A stretch of 44,463 nt of DNA from a bacterium (GTDB lineage Bacteria > Bacteroidota > Ignavibacteria > UBA10030), in contig JAZDJN010000082.1 in the NCBI GenBank assembly GCA_043803945.1, positions 1 through 44,463 on the forward strand. Direction: 5' to 3'. A model generated the notes under the pieces. That model did not search any database. It had not been told where the DNA came from and was given only the letters and a program-made list of their open reading frames with translations. Below, in pieces: positions 9,590 through 18,391 of this stretch. The first letter of the stretch is position 1. The number at the start of each line of letters is the position of its first letter. The translations under genes were made by a program, and so were the position numbers.

Positions 9590-11017
9590 ATGGCTGACAC
9601 TCGAAAAAGTTTTACGGTTCAATCGGACTATACTCCAACAGAAGGACGCGTACCGCCGCAAGCCGTCGATGTTGAGATGGCGGTACTCGGTGCGATGATG
9701 ATTGAGAAGAGCGCTCTCGCGAAAGCGATCGAAATTCTCGACGAGACTGCCTTCTACAAACCGTCTCATCAACGAATTTTCGCCGGGATGATCGCTCTCT
9801 TTGAACGGAGCGAGCCGGTTGATATGATTACACTCATCGAAGAACTCCGCCGCAGAGGCGAGTTGGAAAAGGTTGGCGGCGAATATGTCATCACGGAACT
9901 CACCACCAAGGTAACCACGTCGGCCAATATTGAATACCACGCACATATCGTTCTTGAAAAAGCGTTGATGCGTCAGTTGATTATTTCATCGTCGGAAGTC
10001 GTCGGCCGCGCATACAGTGAAACGGAAGACCCTCTCGACCTCCTCGACGAAGCGGAACAGAAGATTTTCCAGATCTCCGAACAGCGCATGAAGAAAAACT
10101 TCGTCACCATGAACACCGCGGTGCACACAACCATGGAGATGCTCGAAAGCATTCATGGCAAACACAGCGGTGTGACAGGAGTGCCGACGGCATTTTCCGA
10201 ACTTGATAACCTGACCGGCGGTTTTCAGCGATCTGACCTCATCATCATTGCGGGTCGGCCAAGCCAGGGAAAAACGGCATTTGTCCTCTCCCTCGCACGC
10301 AATGCATCCATTCTTCACGATGTCCCGATCGGATTCTTCAGCCTCGAAATGTCGAGCCAGCAATTGGTGTTGCGCCTCATTTGTGCCGAAGCGCGCGTCG
10401 ATGCTCACAAAGTCCGCACAGGACGCCTGCCGGAAGACGAGTGGAGAAAACTCAGCACAAGTGTCGGCAAACTCTATAAAGCCAAAATTCTCATCGACGA
10501 CACACCGGCGTTGAGCGTTCTGGAAGTCCGTGCCAAAGCACGCCGGCTGAAAGCTGAACACAACATCGGCATGATTATTGTCGACTATCTGCAATTGATG
10601 CAGGGGCCAAAAAATGCCCAGAGCCGCGAGCAGGAAATCTCTTCCATCTCCCGTTCATTGAAGGCACTGGCCAAGGAGTTGAACATTCCGGTGGTTGCGC
10701 TCTCGCAGCTTAACCGCGCCGTGGAAACACGCGGCGACAAACGGCCTGTGCTTGCCGATCTTCGCGAATCGGGCGCCATTGAACAGGATGCCGACGTTGT
10801 TCTGTTTGTGCACCGTCCGGAGATGTACGGTATTCTTGAAGAACACAACGAGCCTACAGAGGGAATGGCAGAAATCATCATCGGCAAGCAGCGTAACGGC
10901 CCGACCGGTACTTGCCGGCTTGCGTTCATCAAGGAATATGCACGCTTCGAAAACTTGACGCGATTTCACGAGAGCACCTTCTTACCGCCGCCGCCTTCGG
11001 AAGATGCTCCATTCTAG
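9590..11017 (+). CDS. dnaB: Replicative DNA helicase DnaB
   Basis: PPQAVDVEMAVLG, Walker A GRPSQGKT, FSLEM, IVDYLQL, LSQLNR, DLRESGAIEQDAD and KQRNGP. No intein. Confidence 0.99.
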   Translation: MADTRKSFTVQSDYTPTEGRVPPQAVDVEMAVLGAMMIEKSALAKAIEILDETAFYKPSHQRIFAGMIALFERSEPVDMITLIEELRRRGELEKVGGEYVITELTTKVTTSANIEYHAHIVLEKALMRQLIISSSEVVGRAYSETEDPLDLLDEAEQKIFQISEQRMKKNFVTMNTAVHTTMEMLESIHGKHSGVTGVPTAFSELDNLTGGFQRSDLIIIAGRPSQGKTAFVLSLARNASILHDVPIGFFSLEMSSQQLVLRLICAEARVDAHKVRTGRLPEDEWRKLSTSVGKLYKAKILIDDTPALSVLEVRAKARRLKAEHNIGMIIVDYLQLMQGPKNAQSREQEISSISRSLKALAKELNIPVVALSQLNRAVETRGDKRPVLADLRESGAIEQDADVVLFVHRPEMYGILEEHNEPTEGMAEIIIGKQRNGPTGTCRLAFIKEYARFENLTRFHESTFLPPPPSEDAPF

Positions 11018-11066
11018 AGGCCTTTCAGGGAACGCCGACACTTCTCAACAATGAACAAGAGGCACA

Positions 11067-11948
11067 ATGAATCGTCGAACATTTCTCTCCGCTCTCCCAT
11101 CGCTCGCCACCGGCACATCGCTCATTGCGGGATCCCATATCCTCTTCCAGGACGCTGCTGATGAGGATACCATTATCTGCAAGAAAAAATTTGAGTTTGC
11201 CGCTGCTGCGTCGCTCAAAACAAAACCGATTGGCGAAGTAATAGCGGAAATCGGCAAAACATTTTTAGGTACCGAATACGTCGGCCATGTGCTCGAAGCG
11301 CAGGGCGAGGAGCAGCTTGTCATTAACCTGCGCGCACTCGATTGTGTCTCCTTCTGTGAAAACTGTATTGTCCTGGCCCGCTGTATTAAGAAGTCCAAAA
11401 CAACATTTGACGATTATAAAAAAGAGCTGCAGTTTATCCGCTACCGCGGAGGCGTGATCGACCGGTACCCGAGCAGGCTGCATTATTTCTCGGATTACAT
11501 CTTCGATAATGAGAAGAAGAAGGTCTTCAAAAACATTACAGAAGAACTCGGCGGGGTTCCTTATAAAAAGAAGGTAACCTTCATGTCGACGCATCCCGAA
11601 TCGTACCGTCAATTGATGGAACATCCTGACTTCGTCAAGATTATCCAGAAACAGGAAACGGAAATTTCCCGACGGAAGATGGTTCACATCCCGAAGGAAG
11701 CCGTGGCGCGGGTGGCATCAAAAATTCCATCGGGAAGCGTTATCGGTATTACGACGACCATTGAAGGAATGGACATTGCGCATACGGGGATTGCAATCCG
11801 GCACGAAGGAGAATTACGGTTTATGCATGCACCGATGGCGGGAAAGCAGGTGCAGATCACACCGACATCGCTTGCCGATTATCTTCAGGGCCACCCAAAG
11901 CACATCGGCATTATGGTTGCACGCGTACTCGAACCGCTCATCAGGTGA
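11067..11948 (+). CDS. DUF1460 / NlpC-P60-like N-acetylmuramoyl-L-alanine amidase-like protein, Tat-type signal
   Basis: FLGTEY, LVINLRALDCVSF (catalytic Cys), RYRGG..YPSRLHYFSD, IAHTG and MHA. N-terminal RRTFL. Confidence 0.88.
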   Translation: MNRRTFLSALPSLATGTSLIAGSHILFQDAADEDTIICKKKFEFAAAASLKTKPIGEVIAEIGKTFLGTEYVGHVLEAQGEEQLVINLRALDCVSFCENCIVLARCIKKSKTTFDDYKKELQFIRYRGGVIDRYPSRLHYFSDYIFDNEKKKVFKNITEELGGVPYKKKVTFMSTHPESYRQLMEHPDFVKIIQKQETEISRRKMVHIPKEAVARVASKIPSGSVIGITTTIEGMDIAHTGIAIRHEGELRFMHAPMAGKQVQITPTSLADYLQGHPKHIGIMVARVLEPLIR

Positions 11949-11971
11949 ACTTGCCCCACTCATTCTACACT

Positions 11972-11995
11972 GTGTCAGGAAGTGGTTCCTGACAC
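11972..11995. terminator. Hairpin between convergent genes (GTGTCAGGA-N6-TCCTGACAC), same family as 3738-3763
   Basis: Inverted repeat 23 nt after the DUF1460 stop codon. Confidence 0.5.
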
Positions 11996-12106
11996 CCAAG
12001 AAAAACACCTAAAGTTGTATTACAGAAAATATATTTTCCCTTTGTTACTTGGCGGCAATGCATCTTTCTTAGGACGGTAATGCATTTTAGATTACAGCCA
12101 TTCTCG

Positions 12107-13339
12107 TTATATATACTCCAATGCCTGTTCAAAATCGGCAATGAGATCTTCGACGCCTTCCACACCCACCGAAATTCTGATCATCCCCGGTGTGACACCG
12201 TGATTTTTTAGTTCCTCGTCGGAGAGAAAGATATGTGAAGAGTACACCGGAATGCTTACCAGGGTTTCCACGCCGCCAAGCGACATAGCGTTGACAGCAA
12301 CTTTGAGATTATCGCAGACCCGTGCTGCGGCTTCAATCGGCGAAAGCCCTTTTGATGACTTCACTTCAATCGTGACCATGCCGCCAAATCCGGTCATCTG
12401 TTTTTTCGCCAGTTTGTGCTTCGGAAAGGAGGGCAGCCCAGGATAGAGGACACGCTTCACTTTCTTATGCTGTTCCAGCGCCCACGCCAGTGCAAGAGCG
12501 TTTTCCGTTTGTCGCTTAACGCGAAGCTCAAATGTTTTCAGGCTGCGCGAGATGAGAAATGCAGCAAAGGGGTCGACACATCCGCCGAAATGCTTTGCCA
12601 AACCTTTTACCTGGTTGATGAAATCCGCCGTTCCCAGCACAACACCTGCAATGATGTCGCTGTGCCCGCCGATATATTTCGTTGCACTCTCAACAATAAC
12701 ATCGACACCAAGCGCAAAGGGATCCTGATTCATTATCGAGGCGAAGGTATTATCAATCATCACAATCAGCTTCTTGCAGATTTTTTTCTCTGCACGCCGT
12801 GTCCGCCGGACCACCTCGGCAATATCGACAAGATCGAGTGTGGGATTGGTTGGCGTTTCAAGGTACACCAGCGTCGTGTTTGCCGATGCAAGCGATTCGA
12901 TCCCTTCCAGATAGTCGGGGGGAATATAGTTCACCGTGATACCGTTCTTCGGGAGCTCATCTCTGAACCAGCGGTAGGTACCGCCATACAGCGCAGGTGT
13001 GCTGATGATCTCCTGCCCGGGTTTTGTTATTGAGAGAATGGCTGTGGTAATGGCGGCCATGCCTGAAGCGAAGAGAGCGGCTGCTTCAGCATTTTCCATC
13101 AGCGCCAGTTTTTCTTCGACATCGTGCACTGTCGGGTTATGGAGGCGTGTGTACACATACACGCTCGGATCGCCCTTGGCGAATCTCACCGCATCTTCAG
13201 AGGTTTCGAACCGATAGGTCGACGTCTGATAAATCGGCGTTACCACCGGGCCTTTATAGGCGTAGAGCTTCTTGCCATGAATCGCGCGGGTAGGTAGTGA
13301 GAGTTTTTTTTTGGGTGATTTCTTTTTTGTCTTATTCAT
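12107..13339 (-). CDS. PLP-dependent trans-sulfuration enzyme (cystathionine gamma-synthase/lyase / methionine gamma-lyase family)
   Basis: TPIYQTSTY, YTRLHNPT, FASGMAA, ETPTNP, DNTF, SATKYIGGHSD (PLP Lys), SLGGVE and RISVGVE. Confidence 0.93.
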   Translation of the reverse strand: MNKTKKKSPKKKLSLPTRAIHGKKLYAYKGPVVTPIYQTSTYRFETSEDAVRFAKGDPSVYVYTRLHNPTVHDVEEKLALMENAEAAALFASGMAAITTAILSITKPGQEIISTPALYGGTYRWFRDELPKNGITVNYIPPDYLEGIESLASANTTLVYLETPTNPTLDLVDIAEVVRRTRRAEKKICKKLIVMIDNTFASIMNQDPFALGVDVIVESATKYIGGHSDIIAGVVLGTADFINQVKGLAKHFGGCVDPFAAFLISRSLKTFELRVKRQTENALALAWALEQHKKVKRVLYPGLPSFPKHKLAKKQMTGFGGMVTIEVKSSKGLSPIEAAARVCDNLKVAVNAMSLGGVETLVSIPVYSSHIFLSDEELKNHGVTPGMIRISVGVEGVEDLIADFEQALEYI

Positions 13340-13388
13340 AGTTGTTGCTCTTCGTTGTTCACTCCAAAAAAAGTGTGGCGGATACGTT

Positions 13389-13451
13389 TTCGCTGTTCAC
13401 GGTTCACTATTTACAGTTTAAGGCTTATAGGTTACCGTCTACCATTTGCCC
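13389..13451. repeat. Degenerate 7-bp tandem array (about 9 units)
   Basis: TTCGCTG TTCACGG TTCACTA TTTACAG TTTAAGG CTTATAG GTTACCG TCTACCA TTTGCCC. Confidence 0.7.
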
Positions 13452-13452
13452 A

Positions 13453-15957
13453 TCATTGTTTCCCAAGCTTCGTCTCAAACAATTTCAATATTCTTTTGTA
13501 CTCATCCATCCAGCTCGTTGGTTCCTGGAATCCATGGTCCTCTACGGGATACACAGCAAGCTCCCAGTTCTCCTTCTTCAATTCAATCAACCGCTGCACA
13601 AGCCGCACGGCATCCTGGAAGTGAACATTCACATCCACCATGCCATGGCAGATCAGCAGCGATCCCTTTAATCCGTCGGCAAAGTAAATTGGCGAGCTCT
13701 GGCGATAAGCAAGCGTATCTTCCTGCGGAATATTCAGAATCGGTGCAGTGTATCCATGGTTATAGTGTGCCCAATCTGTTACCGGCCTTAAGGCTGCTCC
13801 GGCAGCAAACACGTCGGGCTGCGTGAACATCGCCATCAACGTGATAAAGCCGCCATACGAACCTCCATAGAGTCCGATGCGTTTCGGATCGACACCATGA
13901 TTTGCCGCCAGCCACTTCGCTCCATCGACATGATCGTCCAGATCCTTGCCGCCCATATGACGATAGATTGCCGTACGCCAGTCACGACCAAGACCGGCGC
14001 TGGCCCGATAATCCATATCGAGCACGGTGTATCCTTTGTCGGTTAACAAATTATTAAACATGTACTCGTGGAAATAATCACTCCACCCTTTTGTGACATT
14101 CTGCAGATATCCGGCACCATGAACAAAAATCACTGCTGCACCATTGGGTTTCTCCGGTTTATAGAGCCGCACCGGCACATCCGCCCCATCGCGAGCTTTT
14201 ATGGTGAGCACTTCCGGCACCCGCCAATCATACGATAAAAATTCCTCGGTTACCGATTCGGTAACTTTTGTTAGCTTTGCCGCCGGTTTGTTTTCCATCA
14301 GGTAGAGTTCTTCTTTTATATTGCTGAAGGAATAGAGAATCGCAAGCCGGTCTTCTGTCGGCGAGAGCGTTACTTCGTTCCATCCTTCCATCATCGTAAT
14401 GCGTGTACGGTCGCCGCCATCGATCGACATCGTATAAAAATGCCGTTCGCCAAAGTGCACTTCGTTGGAACTGAAGAACCAACGCTTCTTGTCACGGGAC
14501 ATCCGGAGGTTATAGATCTCAAATTTTCCCTTCGTGAGCTGGGCCTTGGCTTTCCCATCGAGCGATATGGTATAGAGATGCGACCAGCCATCCTCTTCGG
14601 ATTGGAAATATATGCGTTTCGAATCGGGCATCCACCCGACACCGCCGCCCCCGCCAAATCCAAATCCTCCGCGCACACCGGGCCCTCCGATCCATGCATT
14701 GTCATGCTGATGGTTAAGTACAGTCCCAAATTTCGCGCTATCGGGATCAAGTATAACAATCCACCGATCTTTATTATCCTGAGAGAACACCTGCACGAAT
14801 GCATTCTTGCCATCATCCGACCAAAAAGGTCCGCTGTACGAAACTGCACGCGGCGGTACAGGCCTGCGGCGCACTGTGTCACTCGCTGCCCGCACAGGCA
14901 TAATGCCGGGAATGTTGTCAGGCTTTACTTGCATCACAGAATCAAGCGCAAGATTATAAACATTGAACTCGTACGACGCGAGGGGTTCACCGACTTTTGT
15001 CCGGCCGTTAATATCTTCTGTGTAGCCGCTCTCGGTGATATAGCTTGGAACGATTGTGCGCTTCGGGTCTGTTGGGTTTTGTATCAGCGTAAAGGTTACG
15101 AAGTGTTCATCGGGTGAAAGGGCCAGCCCCATCATGTTCTTTGTGCCTGTATTGAACGGCTTCTTGCGTTTCGTCTCGGATAAGCGCATGGCGCCGCGAG
15201 TTCCTCCCCGTTGCGCTCTCCGCTCACGGAGCACATCGAACAACTGCATCTGCTGATTCTGCAGATACTGCTGAAGCGTCATTTTTGATTCTGTCCGATC
15301 ACGCATCTGTGCACTCCCACCGCCACCGCCGCCTTCACCCTGCTGTGTTCTACCGCCAAAGCGCTGCCCCTGACCCATCATTCCAGTGAACTGCGGCGTT
15401 GTCTGCTGCGTCGTTGAGGTTCCACCCGAAATGATATTGGTGAGTTGTGTTTCGATCGCAGTTGCCAACTCGCGCATGTAGAGATTCCCGCCGCGTTCAT
15501 AGATTATCTTCTTTTCATCAAACGAGTAGCGGGGATTTGATTCATTATCCAGTGTATTTGTTAACTGTGTGAGTGCCTTGGTCTTTCGATCCTGAATAAT
15601 GATATCGCCATCATTTGAGTAGAGCCGTCTTGAGTAATCCTTCGTATAGACACCGCCTCTAATATTCAATGAGCGTTGTTCTTCCAGAGTCGCACGGCGG
15701 GGTGTTCCCCCTTTTGCACTTATCGCATAGAGAGAATCTGCCTTATCTTCTTTTGTCCGCCATCGGAAGAAAAGCCACTGGCCATCTTCCGACCACTGGG
15801 GATTGCTTGGAGAGATGCCCATCCATTTCGGATCGCGCATAATGTTTTCGACAGTGAGCCAGCCGCGTGTCGGTTTTTTTGCGGGCTCTTGGGCAATGAG
15901 TGTCGTCGTAAGAACAAGACTAAGAAGCAGCGCAAGGAAGGCTAATCGTGTCCTCAT
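13453..15957 (-). CDS. S9 family (DPP IV / prolyl oligopeptidase-like) serine peptidase; secreted
   Basis: GGSYGG nucleophile, HGMVDVNV (Asp) and EDHGF (His), with an N-terminal beta-propeller. Start moved to 15957 (GGAGG RBS, signal peptide). Confidence 0.95.
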   Translation of the reverse strand: MRTRLAFLALLLSLVLTTTLIAQEPAKKPTRGWLTVENIMRDPKWMGISPSNPQWSEDGQWLFFRWRTKEDKADSLYAISAKGGTPRRATLEEQRSLNIRGGVYTKDYSRRLYSNDGDIIIQDRKTKALTQLTNTLDNESNPRYSFDEKKIIYERGGNLYMRELATAIETQLTNIISGGTSTTQQTTPQFTGMMGQGQRFGGRTQQGEGGGGGGSAQMRDRTESKMTLQQYLQNQQMQLFDVLRERRAQRGGTRGAMRLSETKRKKPFNTGTKNMMGLALSPDEHFVTFTLIQNPTDPKRTIVPSYITESGYTEDINGRTKVGEPLASYEFNVYNLALDSVMQVKPDNIPGIMPVRAASDTVRRRPVPPRAVSYSGPFWSDDGKNAFVQVFSQDNKDRWIVILDPDSAKFGTVLNHQHDNAWIGGPGVRGGFGFGGGGGVGWMPDSKRIYFQSEEDGWSHLYTISLDGKAKAQLTKGKFEIYNLRMSRDKKRWFFSSNEVHFGERHFYTMSIDGGDRTRITMMEGWNEVTLSPTEDRLAILYSFSNIKEELYLMENKPAAKLTKVTESVTEEFLSYDWRVPEVLTIKARDGADVPVRLYKPEKPNGAAVIFVHGAGYLQNVTKGWSDYFHEYMFNNLLTDKGYTVLDMDYRASAGLGRDWRTAIYRHMGGKDLDDHVDGAKWLAANHGVDPKRIGLYGGSYGGFITLMAMFTQPDVFAAGAALRPVTDWAHYNHGYTAPILNIPQEDTLAYRQSSPIYFADGLKGSLLICHGMVDVNVHFQDAVRLVQRLIELKKENWELAVYPVEDHGFQEPTSWMDEYKRILKLFETKLGKQ

Positions 15958-16045
15958 GAAAGAATCCTCCAGTAGTGAAATTCGGTGTGATACAATTGGC
16001 AAAAAGTAAAGAAAAGGAGTATGGAATCCAAATTTCCCCGGCCCC

Positions 16046-16100
16046 TTTGTAGAATTTGTAGAATATTCTTGACATAGCGGTGTTTTTTTTTTTTTACATT
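16046..16100 (+). promoter_or_regulatory. Putative sigma70 promoter with a poly-T spacer and an upstream 9-bp tandem repeat
   Basis: TTTGTAGAA x2 (16046-16063), TTGACA (16069-16074), T13 (16083-16095) and TACATT (16095-16100). Confidence 0.6.
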
Positions 16101-16249
16101 GAATTGTCTATATGAGAGGGAGACTTCAGCATCAATCTAAGACATACCAAGAATAATGCTTAATAGATTGTCCGGTCGATAAGTGTGCTGCTCATTAAAT
16201 TTTTCAGCACTAATTTGGTTTTTCCAGACAAACACAAAATATAAATTTA

Positions 16250-16777
16250 ATGGTAATGAATAAAAATCTTATTATTAAATTAGCTGTGTTCTCTAATATA
16301 CTCTTGTTCTCCTTGATTCTAACTCTGATATTAAGAGGCAAGCAAAGTGCCCACGTGAATTCGAATCCACTCGATAAAATCCGGGTTGGTATGAACATAA
16401 ATAAATTACTTCCGGACTCGTGCCACAATTTTATTTTCGAGAGTGATGAATCGTCTTTTATTGCATTTGTTTTTCTAAAAGATTCATCAAACAATGCACT
16501 GCAAATTTATTGGGAGGCATATAAACAATGCAAAGTTCAATTAACGGGTGGAAAAGTATCGATTCTCATTGTTCCTTTGAACCTTGATCCCTCGTTTCAT
16601 AGCAAAGAAAGAATTCCTTATTTATTTGACTCAACTCGTACATTATGGAAAAGGTTGCCAGGATGTACGTCTGCAACAATTATAGTAAATAGAAAATCGA
16701 TGACGATCGAGATGGTCTATAGCTTTGAGATTAATCCCTGTACTTTGATAGAAATGAGCATGAAGGATTTTGTATGA
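16250..16777 (+). CDS. Membrane-anchored thioredoxin-like (TlpA/redoxin/MauD-like) protein lacking CxxC
   Basis: N-terminal TM helix. KIRVG, IAFVFL, VSILIV, IPYLFDSTRTLWKRL and ATIIVNRKS follow the redoxin secondary-structure pattern (fold is inferred). AT-rich. Confidence 0.55.
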   Translation: MVMNKNLIIKLAVFSNILLFSLILTLILRGKQSAHVNSNPLDKIRVGMNINKLLPDSCHNFIFESDESSFIAFVFLKDSSNNALQIYWEAYKQCKVQLTGGKVSILIVPLNLDPSFHSKERIPYLFDSTRTLWKRLPGCTSATIIVNRKSMTIEMVYSFEINPCTLIEMSMKDFV

Positions 16778-17883
16778 TGAGAACATTTTTTGAAAGCCTC
16801 TTATTGATTAGCTTATCAATACTCGTTAGCATTGTATCTCTTGCTCAAGAAAATAAATATGTCGCCCAAAAGATTCCACTAAGAAAAGAGTTTCAAGATT
16901 TCCTGAACTCTAAACAACGTGTTTTCCTTAATCTTGATCGCTGCAAATTAGAGATATTACAACCAAAATCTATTATCGGTAAAGAGTTTAATGAGATTGA
17001 TATTGACCCGCTTTTTCTCTTAAATCCAGTCGATTGTTTACAATGGAGAGACAGCCTTTTAATAACAGATCAAGATCAAAACTGTATTTTTGTTGCAGAT
17101 AAATATGGCAAATTAATAAGAAGGGTTGGAGTAAAAGGCAAGGGCCCCGGCGACTTCGATATGCCGACCTTTATCAAAAAAAACTCTAAGTATTTGTTCG
17201 TCATTGAGTTGGGTAATCGTAGAGTACAAATTATGAACCATAATTTTAAATATATCAAATCTGTGTTGTACCCTATGGCAAGTGGAAATATCTGCGTAGG
17301 CGAGAGATACTTCACTATAACAACCGGATTGAGTCTATCTGATTATGCTTATTGTGTTTATCAGGCAGACAGACCATTCAATAAAGTTCGAGAAATACTA
17401 CCACAAGCACTGCCGAGAGAAAAAGGGTGGCGCGGAAATAATTACTACCATATTTCATCCAATCAAGAGGTAATGATCATAGGTACAAAACTTCTACCTT
17501 TCCTTTTTATCTTTGATCACGAAGGTAATCACCTTTCTACAATTGAATTTACGGGTGTCAAAGCTTCACATGTTGAAGACAATTTAAAGATTGAATTTGA
17601 TGAAAAGGTGATAACATACAAATCTTCATTTTCCAATGGATCACTTGTGTTTTCGAATGGTGACATTCTTCTTAATGTCCAACCTGATATTTTTCATCTA
17701 AAAAGAGAAGGGAAAGACTATCAAAAATATAGCATCAAGTGCTGCTATAGATTGGAAAAACCTACAAGGCAACAGAAAATAAAGAATGAAGTTTTTAAAT
17801 ATGCATATATTCTTATTCAACTAGAACACGATATTTTTTATACAATTCAGGATGACAAAATTATTCAATATCAGCTAAGATAA
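16774..17883 (+). CDS. Secreted 6-bladed beta-propeller (NHL/DUF5128-like) protein
   Basis: Signal peptide, LLITDQDQNCIFVADKYGKLIRRVGVKGKGPGDFDMP and LFVIELGNRRVQI. ATGA overlap with the upstream gene. Confidence 0.85.
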   Translation: MMRTFFESLLLISLSILVSIVSLAQENKYVAQKIPLRKEFQDFLNSKQRVFLNLDRCKLEILQPKSIIGKEFNEIDIDPLFLLNPVDCLQWRDSLLITDQDQNCIFVADKYGKLIRRVGVKGKGPGDFDMPTFIKKNSKYLFVIELGNRRVQIMNHNFKYIKSVLYPMASGNICVGERYFTITTGLSLSDYAYCVYQADRPFNKVREILPQALPREKGWRGNNYYHISSNQEVMIIGTKLLPFLFIFDHEGNHLSTIEFTGVKASHVEDNLKIEFDEKVITYKSSFSNGSLVFSNGDILLNVQPDIFHLKREGKDYQKYSIKCCYRLEKPTRQQKIKNEVFKYAYILIQLEHDIFYTIQDDKIIQYQLR

Positions 17884-17921
17884 AATCAGATGGTAGTTTG
17901 TCAATCATAGGTTGAATAAAC

Positions 17922-18377
17922 ATGATTAGACTAAATCCTTCGGTGCTACTTTTTAGTAGATTATTCTTGGGCATTATCTTCATTTTATCCGCGATAGGAA
18001 AGTCTCTCGATTCATCTCTTTCTGCTTTATTCCTACTCCAAATGAAAGTTCCTATAGAGTTCATTGATGTTCTAATTTCAGTTATTATAGTATCAGAATT
18101 TACATTAGGATTTTCTATGATAATTGGATTGATGATAGAAAGAATTGCAATATCAATTATCATATTATTAATGATCTTTAGCTTAGGACCTGTATATGGA
18201 ATGATAAAGGGGATTTCTTCCAGTTGTGGATGCTTTGGCTCTCTTTTCCATTTTAACAACCCTATTTTTGTGATCCTGAAAAATATTCTATTAATCCTCA
18301 TTTCTTTAAGCCTCTGCTTGAAACAAAAACATACATTTGCTAAAAATGGTATGTTCAATAAAAACATTAACAACTGA
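17922..18377 (+). CDS. MauE/DoxX-family redox-associated membrane protein
   Basis: RLFLGIIFILSAIGK, SEFTLG, SCGCFG and KNILL motifs, with about four hydrophobic helices. Confidence 0.9.
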   Translation: MIRLNPSVLLFSRLFLGIIFILSAIGKSLDSSLSALFLLQMKVPIEFIDVLISVIIVSEFTLGFSMIIGLMIERIAISIIILLMIFSLGPVYGMIKGISSSCGCFGSLFHFNNPIFVILKNILLILISLSLCLKQKHTFAKNGMFNKNINN

Positions 18378-18391
18378 TTTAGAGGTGCACT

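Noticed and set aside
17861-18373. 170-aa hydrophobic ORF on the minus strand
   Set aside because: Antisense shadow of the MauE/DoxX gene, which carries the recognisable motifs.
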